From assembly GCA_965240465.1 (NCBI GenBank), contig OZ251219.1:864001-928000 (forward strand): a stretch of 64,000 nucleotides of DNA. The letters are read 5' to 3'. Made by a program: the position numbers and the translations under genes. The notes under the pieces were generated by a model. It saw nothing but the letters and a program-made list of their open reading frames with translations. It made no database searches and had not been told where the DNA came from. Each line of letters begins with the position of its first letter. Position 1 is the stretch's first letter. This DNA is from a bacterium (GTDB taxonomy: Bacteria; SAR324; JACQKK01). Shown one piece after another: positions 1 through 9,419 of the stretch.

Positions 1-427
1 CTGGACGAGTTATCTTAGGAACCTCCCGCAATCGCTCAGGATGATTATCAATCACCGAAAATGTCTGCTCTCCAAAAGTCTGCACAATCCGCTTGGCAGT
101 CCGAATGCCAATCCCCTTAAAACTGGCTGCTAAATAACGCTCCATCCCCTCATTTGTATTAGGAGGCAAGGGCTTATATTTCACAAATACAAACTGCAAT
201 CCATAATCCACATGCTCATCCCAACTACCGCGCAACAATAATCGCTGACCCTCCCTCGCATCTGGCAATAAACCCCGAACAGTTACCACATCCCCACCCT
301 CCTCGTTGGAAAACCTCCCCACCAAAAAACAATTGTCAGGATTATAAAACGTCACCCGCTCCAACATCCCCACCATCTCTTGACCCCCGCAATCCCTACC
401 AAACAATAAGTTCTGCTCGCTGTCCAT
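1..427 (-). CDS. recD2: RecD-like (RecD2) ATP-dependent DNA helicase, N-terminal part (runs off window start)
   Basis: Hand translation from ATG at 427 (RBS AGAGGTGA at 431-438): MDSEQ...LERVTFYNPDNCFLVGRF...GSWDEHVDYGLQF...GMERYLAASFKGIGIRTAKRIVQTFGEQTFSVIDNHPERLREVP. This is the typical RecD2 N-terminal and HhH region. Not in the ORF track. Confidence 0.88.
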   Translation of the reverse strand, partial: MDSEQNLLFGRDCGGQEMVGMLERVTFYNPDNCFLVGRFSNEEGGDVVTVRGLLPDAREGQRLLLRGSWDEHVDYGLQFVFVKYKPLPPNTNEGMERYLAASFKGIGIRTAKRIVQTFGEQTFSVIDNHPERLREVPKITRP

Positions 428-603
428 GCATCACCTCTTACTAAGTCACCTACCCCTACCCCCTCTTAGCATATGCTATTTACTTTCGGTAATGAAAGAC
501 AAAGCATGATAGCCTTTTAACCAAAAAACATGGAAATATATCTCAATGAAATGAGGCTTTATTGTACCTCCCAACTCGTTAATGTTTATCTGGAATATTC
601 TCC

Positions 604-2511
604 GTGAATGTTTTTACCCAAGAGATTAAAAAACTACTAGGGCATCATCTAAATTTGATGTGGGAGAAACATCCCTCTAAACCAGTCACATATAATTTAG
701 ATCTGGAAGCCTCGATTGAACATGCCCTGAGTACTCCTCCCCAGCCTGACATGGGAGATTATGCCTTCCCTTGCTTTGTGATGAGCAAGAAAATAACCCT
801 GACGCCCGCTGAAATTGCCAAGCAATTAGCTGAGTCGGTAGCTGAGCAATTAGCTAAATCGGTAGCTGATGAAGAGCTGAAACCGCTCATTAAGAAAGTC
901 CAAGCCCAGGGGGCCTATCTAAATATCTGGGTGGACAAGGAAATAATGGTACAAGAGAGCATTCCCAAGGCACTGGATGGCAGTTTATTCAAACCCAAGG
1001 AACTTGAACCTCAAAAGATAGTGGTGGAATACTCTCAGCCCAATACTCACAAGGGCTTTCATGTTGGTCATATGCGTAATGTGGCTTTGGGAGATTGCTT
1101 GGTACGACTACTAAAACAGCAAGGACATGAAGTAATTGCGGCTAGCTACTATGGGGACATGGGTACTCATGTCGCCCGTTGCTTGTGGATGATGAAAAAC
1201 TGTCAAGAGCTAGCTCCTCAGCTGGCTACTAAAAAGCCCAACCCTAGCTATCATATGCGAAGCGAGTGGCTGGGTGAATGCTATACCGCTGCTTGTCAAT
1301 ATTTGCAACAAGCTGACTCACCAGAGCAACAACGCTGCCAGCAGGAGATCGGCAAGTTACTTAAGGATTTAGAAGCGGGAGAAGCGTCTATCCGTAAAAA
1401 TTGGAAAATGACTAGAGAATGGTCTTTGGGCTCATTTAGGGAGATTTATGAATGGCTGGATGTCCGCTTTGATAAAGAATACTACGAATCTGATATGGGC
1501 GAAGAAGGGAAGCGTCTAATCAATAAATATCTGGAGGAAGGAAAGCTGATCCGTTCTGAGGGAGCCATCGGCATTGATCTAGATGAGGGATCCTCGCAAC
1601 AAAAGCTTGGCTTCTTAATGTTCTTGAAATCCGATGGTAATACCCTCTATGCCACCAAGGATTTAGCTCTCGCTAAGACCAAGTTTAATGACTACGACAT
1701 GGACATCTCCATTTATGTAGTGGGAGATGAGCAATCATTTTATTTTAGACAGTTATTTGCGGCCTTTCTCAAGCTGGAAATATCAGCTAGCCCCTATGAT
1801 TTTAGTAAGCGTGTACCTAATGTTTCGCAATCTATTAAGCGTGCCATAAAGTATTGCACATATGATCATCTCTCCTATGGGCTGGTCACCCTGCCCGATG
1901 GCAAGATGAGTTCCCGAGCTGGCAATGTCGTTCTTTTCTCTAAACTCAGAGCAGCAATGACTGAGTACATCTTGAGGAACTACCTTGATAATCGGCAAGG
2001 CGAGTGGACGGAGGAGGAGATTCTAGAAACCACTCGTCGCATTAGTACCGCAGCCATCCGTTATCAAATGGTGAAGCAAGATCCTCTTAAGCCGATTGTC
2101 TTCAGGCTGGATCCATGGCTAGTCAGCGAAGGAGATACGGGGGTTTATCTTTGCTATGCGATGGTACGCATGAATAGCTTGCTGCAGAAAGCAGCCCAAA
2201 AGGGAATTTATCCCGATCCCGCAGCTGACTTCCAAACCCTCACAGACCCTCTGGAGCATATCCTCATCCGCCATATCCATGACCTTCCTTCCATCACTCA
2301 CAAGGCTGCCGAAAGGCTAAAGCCGAGTCTGCTAGCTAATGCCATCTTCCAATTTGCTAAGGATTTCCATCGCTTCTATACGGTTTTGCCCATTCTTAGA
2401 GCGGAAGTGCCGAAGCTTCAGACGGCTCGGTTGACGCTGGTCAAGGCTGCCAGAGAGACCTTAGTGCATGGATTAAATTTGTTAGGTATTACTTCTCCTG
2501 AGCGGATGTGA
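604..2511 (+). CDS. argS: Arginine--tRNA ligase
   Basis: GDYAFPCF, EYSQPNTHKGFHVGHMRN (HIGH-like), GKMSSRAGNVV (KMSKS-like), C-terminal DALR-type end GLNLLGITSPERM. Confidence 0.97.
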   Translation: MNVFTQEIKKLLGHHLNLMWEKHPSKPVTYNLDLEASIEHALSTPPQPDMGDYAFPCFVMSKKITLTPAEIAKQLAESVAEQLAKSVADEELKPLIKKVQAQGAYLNIWVDKEIMVQESIPKALDGSLFKPKELEPQKIVVEYSQPNTHKGFHVGHMRNVALGDCLVRLLKQQGHEVIAASYYGDMGTHVARCLWMMKNCQELAPQLATKKPNPSYHMRSEWLGECYTAACQYLQQADSPEQQRCQQEIGKLLKDLEAGEASIRKNWKMTREWSLGSFREIYEWLDVRFDKEYYESDMGEEGKRLINKYLEEGKLIRSEGAIGIDLDEGSSQQKLGFLMFLKSDGNTLYATKDLALAKTKFNDYDMDISIYVVGDEQSFYFRQLFAAFLKLEISASPYDFSKRVPNVSQSIKRAIKYCTYDHLSYGLVTLPDGKMSSRAGNVVLFSKLRAAMTEYILRNYLDNRQGEWTEEEILETTRRISTAAIRYQMVKQDPLKPIVFRLDPWLVSEGDTGVYLCYAMVRMNSLLQKAAQKGIYPDPAADFQTLTDPLEHILIRHIHDLPSITHKAAERLKPSLLANAIFQFAKDFHRFYTVLPILRAEVPKLQTARLTLVKAARETLVHGLNLLGITSPERM

Positions 2512-2554
2512 GGGGTGGGGGGTCGGAGGTGAGAGGGGGGGGGTGGGGGGTGGA

Positions 2555-4045
2555 TTATTTGAACAAGCCCATTTCCTGCAAGCTGGTGTAGTGTTCTTGT
2601 CCAATGATTATGTGGTCTTGGAGGGGAATGCCTAGGGTATTGCCAGATTGAATTAATCCCTTGGTGACGGCAATATCCGCTTTGGATGGTTGAGGATCTC
2701 CCGAGGGGTGATTATGTACCACGATTATGGAGTGAGCATTGTACTTAATGGCTGGGTTGAACACTTCACGTGGATGGATGGGGCTGGCATCCAGAGTACC
2801 TTGGGTGATTAGACATTCTCCGATAAAGCGTCTTTTTTTATCTAGCATTATGATGAAGAATTGCTCTTGTTTAAGAGTTCGGAAGCGAGCTTGGAAGTGT
2901 TTGAAGATTTCCCAAGCAGTTTTAACGGGAGCATGGGTAGGGATGAGTTCAATTTCGAATCGGCGGCAGATTTCCAGCAAGGCACGCAAGTTATCTGTAG
3001 GGATAGATAAGGTTCGGCACCATTGCTGAAGTTCCTGAGGAGGCAGTTCTACCAGGGATTTCAGTCCGTGTTTAGGCAATATATCGGTCAAGGTTTGTGT
3101 TTGCGATTTATCTAGGGAGAAGATGGTTTCCATCAATTGAGGTAGCAAGAGATGTTGTTCTTGTGCTGAGGAAAAGAGTGCTCCTGGGCTATAGTGTGAT
3201 TGAGCTGGGATCTTGAGATACCAGCTGCATGATTGTCGCAAGCAACATTTATAGCAATGGGGTTTTTCTTGGCAGGGTCCCTGGGCATTGAGAGAACCGA
3301 AACCATCACCGAAGTTGGCTAATAGGAAATGGACGGCAGCTGGTCCATATTGAGGATCTTGGAGCATTTGCTGGCTGTCAGCACCGAGTTTGAGAGTTGG
3401 TGATTTCAGCAGTATTTTTTGTGCTACAGATAGGATATTTTCATCAAAGAGCGAGTGCCATACTGGATGATTTAATTTACCGCTGAGGTATCTCCATAAT
3501 AATCTACAGGTAGAAAGGCTAGCTGATGGAAGTAGTCCTGCCGATTGTAGGATAGTCAAGCTGGGAAGTTTCCATTCTGAGGGGAAGCAACCGAGCCAGC
3601 GGTGGGTATCCAGCAAGCTGATCAAGGGAGAAGGGAAAGAACTAGGAAAGCCTTGGCTGTTGAGTACCATAATATCGGAGATGGTTCTTACCACCTTGTG
3701 ATGCCAATGTTTTTCCATGCATTCCAGCGTGTTTTCTATTTGCTCTGGCATGATGTAGAGCGGGTCGGCAACTGAATGAAGACGAAATAGCTCCGCCCAC
3801 TCTCGGTATTTGGAACCTGGAAAGTCGGGAGTTCCGGTCCATTCCAGCAGGGAATGGCAAAGGGATTGGTAAATTTGTTCCTGCAATTCAGAACGGCTGA
3901 AGGCAATCGGCTTCAGGTGGTAACGACGGAATAATCTAAGCACTTCGGGAGTGTATTCCCACGCAGCTAATTGCTCAAACAGCAATACGACCCGATCTCT
4001 TTGAGTCGGCGATTCTGGTATCTGGATCCCCGATCCAATAGCCAT
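2555..4045 (-). CDS. radC: RadC/UPF0758 JAB-domain protein with long N-terminal extension containing a Cys4 cluster
   Basis: C-terminal QEQF...GTLDASPIHPREVF...HNHPSGDPQPSKAD...DHIIIG JAB motif; ~270 extra N-terminal residues ending in CQEKPHCYKCCLRQSC. Confidence 0.85.
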   Translation of the reverse strand: MAIGSGIQIPESPTQRDRVVLLFEQLAAWEYTPEVLRLFRRYHLKPIAFSRSELQEQIYQSLCHSLLEWTGTPDFPGSKYREWAELFRLHSVADPLYIMPEQIENTLECMEKHWHHKVVRTISDIMVLNSQGFPSSFPSPLISLLDTHRWLGCFPSEWKLPSLTILQSAGLLPSASLSTCRLLWRYLSGKLNHPVWHSLFDENILSVAQKILLKSPTLKLGADSQQMLQDPQYGPAAVHFLLANFGDGFGSLNAQGPCQEKPHCYKCCLRQSCSWYLKIPAQSHYSPGALFSSAQEQHLLLPQLMETIFSLDKSQTQTLTDILPKHGLKSLVELPPQELQQWCRTLSIPTDNLRALLEICRRFEIELIPTHAPVKTAWEIFKHFQARFRTLKQEQFFIIMLDKKRRFIGECLITQGTLDASPIHPREVFNPAIKYNAHSIIVVHNHPSGDPQPSKADIAVTKGLIQSGNTLGIPLQDHIIIGQEHYTSLQEMGLFK

Positions 4046-4178
4046 TTTTTATTATTCCATGACAGAGAACAATGGATGCACCCTTAATACAAGGAGATCG
4101 CTTCTTTCTACACCACTTCTTTTGTCTTATTCATTAATTACAATAAACAGCAATCCTAAATTATAATAAATAACAATC

Positions 4179-5315
4179 CTAAAGCGAACCCACTTCCAAC
4201 ACAGAAGGAAATTCACTTATAAATCCTAAAAATAATTGCCACAAATCTATCGGTACCAAATTGCACTTCACCCTAGCACATCCTATACTTCTAAGCAATA
4301 TAAATCTTAAACTTCCTTGAAAAAATTTCTTATCCCGACTCAATAATTGACAGAACTGCTCTTCCGTTAACGGAGGAATAACAATTGGTTTCATCAAGGG
4401 TAACAATGCCTCGCAAATCTGCTGCCACTCCTCTTTTGATAACCCCTCCTTATGATAAGATACCCAAGACGCAAATAACATGCCTACCGCCACCGCCTCA
4501 CCATGAAGACAAGCACCATACTGAGTGTGAGTTTCAATCAAATGACCCAAACTATGCCCAAAATTAAGCAATACTCGCCTACCTTGCTCCCTTTCATCAG
4601 CAGCTACCACCTTCGCCTTAACCCGACAACTTAATTCCACCAACCGAATCCAACCATCAGAAGATATTTCACCCAGCTCGGTCACTCGCTTCTGATAGTC
4701 AAGGGCTCGTTGAAACAAACCCGCATCCGCAATTAAACCATGCTTAATCAACTCAAACCATCCGCTACACAACTGACGCTCTGGCAAGGTGTGCAAAAAC
4801 CTAGTGTCCATCACTACCCCCACCGGATGCTTAAAAACACCAATCATATTCTTGCCTAAGGCATGATTAACTCCCGTCTTTCCCCCAATACTACTATCCA
4901 CAAATGACAGCAAGGTAGTCGGAACATGCCATAAAGGCAAACCTCGCATATAACAAGCAGATGCAAACCCACCCATATCTCCGATAACTCCGCCTCCCAA
5001 AGCAATCACCCCACTCGCACGAGATATACCCAAATCCAACATCTCATTCCAAATCAAGGTCAGCGTATCCAGATTCTTATGCTCTTCGCCAGCCGATACC
5101 TGTATGAAGTCCAAAGGTAATCGCAATGAAACCGCAATTCCCCTCAAGGCTCTTTCCGACCAGCTATTCAAAGAAAGCATCCTCTCATCGGCAATCACTA
5201 CCAACCTCTCCAAACCCAGTGGATTCAATAACTTTTCCAACTCCAAAGCTAAGATCCTCTCCCCGATCAACAAGGGATATTCCCCTCCATCCAGCCTGAC
5301 AATCACCTCTTTCAC
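4179..5315 (-). CDS. aroB: 3-dehydroquinate synthase
   Basis: GEEHKNL, ALGGGVIGDMGGF, PTTLLSFVDSSIGGKTGVN, KNMIGVF, LLNFGHSLGH, HGEAVAVGM. Confidence 0.97.
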   Translation of the reverse strand: MKEVIVRLDGGEYPLLIGERILALELEKLLNPLGLERLVVIADERMLSLNSWSERALRGIAVSLRLPLDFIQVSAGEEHKNLDTLTLIWNEMLDLGISRASGVIALGGGVIGDMGGFASACYMRGLPLWHVPTTLLSFVDSSIGGKTGVNHALGKNMIGVFKHPVGVVMDTRFLHTLPERQLCSGWFELIKHGLIADAGLFQRALDYQKRVTELGEISSDGWIRLVELSCRVKAKVVAADEREQGRRVLLNFGHSLGHLIETHTQYGACLHGEAVAVGMLFASWVSYHKEGLSKEEWQQICEALLPLMKPIVIPPLTEEQFCQLLSRDKKFFQGSLRFILLRSIGCARVKCNLVPIDLWQLFLGFISEFPSVLEVGSL

Positions 5316-5459
5316 TTTAGCTTATCTCGTAGGATAATAATTTATTAGCTCATAATTTGATAAAATCTTAATACTATACTCAGTAACAAAGCATTCTTTT
5401 AGCATAAGAAACCATAAAGAATAATCAGACCTATAATACCCCTCCAAGGTCCCCCCGAA

Positions 5460-7406
5460 ATGCCTGTTTCAACAGAAAAAACATCCACAGAAACCTCCCA
5501 GTCCCTCAAAGAAAGCTTGGCTCAACTGCCTTATCAAGTAGGTGTCTACTTGCACAAGGATTCTGAAAATCGCATCCTGTATGTAGGTAAAGCCAAAAAT
5601 CTACGCCATCGGGTGAATAGCTACTTTCAGCCCTCTGCCAAGCTGGGAGTACGATTATCGTCTTTGGTGAGCAAGGTGCATAAAGTGGAGACCATCTGCA
5701 CCGAATCCGAGGCAGAAGCACTCATCCTAGAAGCTAATCTAATCAAAAAACATCGCCCTCGCTACAACATCCACTTCAAAGATGATAAATCCTACCCTTT
5801 CTTCAAACTTACCACCAACGAAAAATACCCCCGCTTGTCCCTCACTCGCGAAAAATGCGAACCCGATGCCGAATACTACGGACCCTTCGCTTCCATATCC
5901 GATGCTCGCGAGACCCTACGACTTCTACAAAAACACTTCCAACTCCGTACCAGCAAAATGAACCTAAACGGCATCAAAACCTATCAACCCTGCATAAACT
6001 ATCAACTGAAAAAATGCCTCGCTCCCTGCAAAGGCGATGTCCCCGTAGCTGAATATCAAAAAGCAGTCCAAAAGGTACGACTATTCTTCCAAGGACGCGA
6101 CCAAGAACTACTCCAATACCTGCGAGAAGAAATGAAAACTCAATCCCAAACCCAACAATATAGAGAAGCCGCCCGCACTCGCGATGCCCTGCACTCACTA
6201 CAACGATTGCTGGAAAAACAACGCGTGGTCCTACCTAATCAGAACGCTCAAATAGATATGTTCGGGCTTGCTCGGCAGTCTGGAGTAGCTGGCATCCAAA
6301 TAATGTTCGTACGCGGCGGACGGCTTATCGGCTCCGATTTCCAACTGCTTGAAACAATCGCTGAACGCTCCAATGCAAAAATACTAGAAGCCTTCCTCAG
6401 TAGATTCTATAGCCGACCACATATAATCCTTCCCCAAGAAATCTGGATCCCCGAATCCTCCACAAAATATGCCGTCCTGCAGCAGTGGCTTATGAAATCT
6501 CACGCAGTCAAAATTACCACTCCCCAACGCGGAAAACGAGCAGCCCTCTTCCAAATGGCACAAGAAAATGCCGCCAAACAACTTAAAAATCGCCTCACAG
6601 GATACCTCCAATCCGAACAACTCACCCTTGTACTACAACGAACCCTAAAACTAAAACACCTCCCCGAACACATTGAAGCCTGCGACGTCTCTCACTTGCA
6701 AGGGCAACATTCTACCGCCGCAATCGTCTGCTGGCAACACAACCAACCCCTCCGTTCTCAATACCGAAGCTATCGCATCCACAAGCATCTAGACACTCCC
6801 GCTCCCGACACTGCTCCCGACACTGCTCCCGACACTGCTCCCAATGATACTGCCGCCATCTATGATGCCATCCTCAGACACGGAAAAAATAAAATCAAAC
6901 TACAACAGCCCATGCCACAACTACTCCTGATAGATGGCGGTAAAGCACAAGCCAATGCAGCCCTTAAAGCCTTGCTAGAACTTGGCATCAGCCCTACCCA
7001 AATGGATATATGTGCTCTGGCTAAAGGACGCAGCCTTAAAAAATCTCCCAATCAAACGCGAAACCCTCTGCGGCAAAGACTAAACACACCTGAATACATC
7101 GTCTTTCCACACCGCAAAGCCCCGCTCTTCCTGCCCGCACACTCCCCGAGCTTATTGTTGCTACAACGCATCCGAGATGAAGCTCATCGCTTTGCTCTGC
7201 ATAAACACCAAAAAATGCGAACCAAATACACCCTCACCAGTACCCTCCAGCAAATCCCCGGGGTAGGAAAACAACGCACCGCCCAACTCCTCAAAACCTT
7301 AGGCAGTCTCAAAAAAGTGAGATCCGCTAGCTTGCAACAACTAGAACAAATCCAAGGCTTTTCAAAGAAACTCGCTAGTACTATTTATCAGCAATTTCAC
7401 CCCTAG
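5460..7406 (+). CDS. uvrC: Excinuclease ABC subunit C
   Basis: GIY-YIG (GVYLHK...LYVGKAKNLR), PRYNI..KDDKSYP, LLLIDGGKAQ, LQRIRDEAHRFA, C-terminal HhH IPGVGKQR. Confidence 0.97.
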   Translation: MPVSTEKTSTETSQSLKESLAQLPYQVGVYLHKDSENRILYVGKAKNLRHRVNSYFQPSAKLGVRLSSLVSKVHKVETICTESEAEALILEANLIKKHRPRYNIHFKDDKSYPFFKLTTNEKYPRLSLTREKCEPDAEYYGPFASISDARETLRLLQKHFQLRTSKMNLNGIKTYQPCINYQLKKCLAPCKGDVPVAEYQKAVQKVRLFFQGRDQELLQYLREEMKTQSQTQQYREAARTRDALHSLQRLLEKQRVVLPNQNAQIDMFGLARQSGVAGIQIMFVRGGRLIGSDFQLLETIAERSNAKILEAFLSRFYSRPHIILPQEIWIPESSTKYAVLQQWLMKSHAVKITTPQRGKRAALFQMAQENAAKQLKNRLTGYLQSEQLTLVLQRTLKLKHLPEHIEACDVSHLQGQHSTAAIVCWQHNQPLRSQYRSYRIHKHLDTPAPDTAPDTAPDTAPNDTAAIYDAILRHGKNKIKLQQPMPQLLLIDGGKAQANAALKALLELGISPTQMDICALAKGRSLKKSPNQTRNPLRQRLNTPEYIVFPHRKAPLFLPAHSPSLLLLQRIRDEAHRFALHKHQKMRTKYTLTSTLQQIPGVGKQRTAQLLKTLGSLKKVRSASLQQLEQIQGFSKKLASTIYQQFHP

Positions 7407-7467
7407 CCAACAAAAGAGAGAGAGGGGAGGAGGGAGCGGGAGCAGCTAGCAACAACGTGCAGTCCTC

Positions 7468-7502
7468 AAAAAGAAAAAGGTAGTGAATTAATACTCACTC
7501 CC
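7468..7502 (-). terminator. Intrinsic terminator, copy of the array's shared GGGAGTGAGT..ACTCACTCCC hairpin
   Basis: Imperfect inverted repeat 7479-7502, followed on the minus strand by TTTTTCTTTTT; lies between convergent uvrC and paralog 1. Confidence 0.7.
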
Positions 7503-7550
7503 AGAAAAATGCTCGGCTACCTTTTTTAAGCAGTCGGGAGGGGGTCTAGC

Positions 7551-9278
7551 CTAAGGCGTAGTGGGAGGGGGACACTGAACGAAGTCTTCTTCGGGTAATT
7601 GCCCACAGAGTAATTTGCCCTTAGCTTTTAGAGTGGGGTAGAAGCCAGCGGTGAACTGCCAGTTCTTGGCACTCCAGCCTGTAGTGCGGGTATTTAAGGC
7701 TTTTAGTTGGCGGCTGGGTTTGCCTTTAGCCTGGGCGTTTTTAAGGGTTAACACGGTCTCACCATTTTTCAATGGACTAGTACTATTATAATAGTTGCTG
7801 GTAATTGTAATTCTCCCAGTACCTTTTTTGCCAAGCAAGCGACCCACATGATCCATACCAGCACCCCCATCAACAATACCTAAGGAATAACTGTTAGCGA
7901 TAGTCCCAGAATCAATAAATCCCACCAAGCCACCCACATCGTCATCACCATCACGGACACCGGCACCATCGCCAGTGGCATCGCCAGTGGCATAGCTGTT
8001 CTGGATCGTGCCACTATTCACACCTACCAAGCCACCCACATAGTCATCACTTTCACCGCCAAGAACAAATCCAGTGGCATAGCTGTTCTGGATCGTGCCA
8101 TCATTTAAACCTACCAAGCCACCCACAAAGTCCCTACCATCACCGAAAGAAATAACAGAGCCAGTGGCATAGCTATTACTGATGGTGCCTTTATTTTCAC
8201 CTACCAAGCCACCCACAGAGTCATGGATACCAGCACCACCATTGGCATAGCCAGTGGCAGAGCTATTACTGATGGTGGCATCACTACTATTACGACCTAC
8301 CAAGCCACCCACATATCTACCGCCAGTGGCAGAGCCAGTGGCATAACTATCTTGGATGGTGCCTTTGTAATTAGCACCCACCAAGCCACCCACATTGTCA
8401 TCACCATCACCGCCAGTGGCATCGCCAGTGGCATAACTATTACCGATGGTGCCATAATTCCCACCTACCAAGCCACCCACAGAGGAACTGCCAGTGGCAT
8501 CGCCAGTGGCATAGCTATTACTGATGGTGCCAAAATTTAAACCTACCAAGCCACCCACACTATCATAACCACCATCACCACCAGCAACAAAAAAGCCAGT
8601 GAAATAACTATCACCGCCATCGGCATAGCTATCTTGGATGGTACCGCCATTACTACCTACCAAGCCACCTACTAAGTCATAGTAACCTCCGCTGGCAGAA
8701 ACTGAGAACCCAGTAACAGAAACACCCGATATTGTTCCATTATTTATGCCTGCCAGAACCCCTACATGGTTACGTTCGTCACTAGTACCATTAGTGTATC
8801 TAGTAGCAACTGAACCTGTTGCAAAGGACAAATTTTGGACTTTACTACCAGAAGCTAAGGATGTAAAGAAGCCAGTGTACTTGGTAACATTGTCAATGGT
8901 TAAGTTGCGGATGGTTTTGCCATTGCCTTCTAAGGTAGAGGTAAAATCCCCAGCAATTGGGACCCAGTTTCTAATGGAAGCTAGGCTAATATCATCCGCT
9001 AGTTCGTAGCCCTTGCAACCTCTCTTGATAGGACAACCCTTATTGGATGGATTACCTGTCCTGTCATTATAGTGGCTACCGTCCAAATCATAGCGGATGT
9101 TATTGAGCTCGGCAGCATTGTGAAGCTCTATTAGACCGTCATTGTCGTCATCTACATCAACGGAGTTAGGAATGCCATCACTGTCTTTATCAACATTGAT
9201 AATGCTACTGATAATACTACAGCTGCCTAAAAAAAGAGTAAGAACAAAGCTGGCTAAGAGTAGCGATAATCTCTTCAC
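7551..9278 (-). CDS. GLUG-repeat lipoprotein, paralog 1
   Basis: Likely GTG start at 9278 (GGAGG upstream) giving (M)KRLSLL...FLGSC lipobox; DDDNDGLIE..ELNNIRY..GCP..CKGYEL domain; repeated VGGLVG..SYATG; C-terminal LLCGQLPEEDFVQC. Confidence 0.85.
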   Translation of the reverse strand: MKRLSLLLASFVLTLFLGSCSIISSIINVDKDSDGIPNSVDVDDDNDGLIELHNAAELNNIRYDLDGSHYNDRTGNPSNKGCPIKRGCKGYELADDISLASIRNWVPIAGDFTSTLEGNGKTIRNLTIDNVTKYTGFFTSLASGSKVQNLSFATGSVATRYTNGTSDERNHVGVLAGINNGTISGVSVTGFSVSASGGYYDLVGGLVGSNGGTIQDSYADGGDSYFTGFFVAGGDGGYDSVGGLVGLNFGTISNSYATGDATGSSSVGGLVGGNYGTIGNSYATGDATGGDGDDNVGGLVGANYKGTIQDSYATGSATGGRYVGGLVGRNSSDATISNSSATGYANGGAGIHDSVGGLVGENKGTISNSYATGSVISFGDGRDFVGGLVGLNDGTIQNSYATGFVLGGESDDYVGGLVGVNSGTIQNSYATGDATGDGAGVRDGDDDVGGLVGFIDSGTIANSYSLGIVDGGAGMDHVGRLLGKKGTGRITITSNYYNSTSPLKNGETVLTLKNAQAKGKPSRQLKALNTRTTGWSAKNWQFTAGFYPTLKAKGKLLCGQLPEEDFVQCPPPTTP

Positions 9279-9343
9279 GCGAAATACCTCCATTAGCTTT
9301 CCAAAAGGGCTTTCCCAGAACACAGGAACAAGCAACATCGCCC

Positions 9344-9372
9344 ACGCTAACCCTAGTAGGTGGCGTTGTCAA
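9344..9372 (-). promoter_or_regulatory. sigma70-like promoter of paralog 1
   Basis: TTGACA-17 nt-TAGCGT on minus strand. Confidence 0.55.
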
Positions 9373-9419
9373 ATTTCTCGGGCAAAAAGCCTGAGGAAAG
9401 TAAGAGAAAATGGAGGGGA

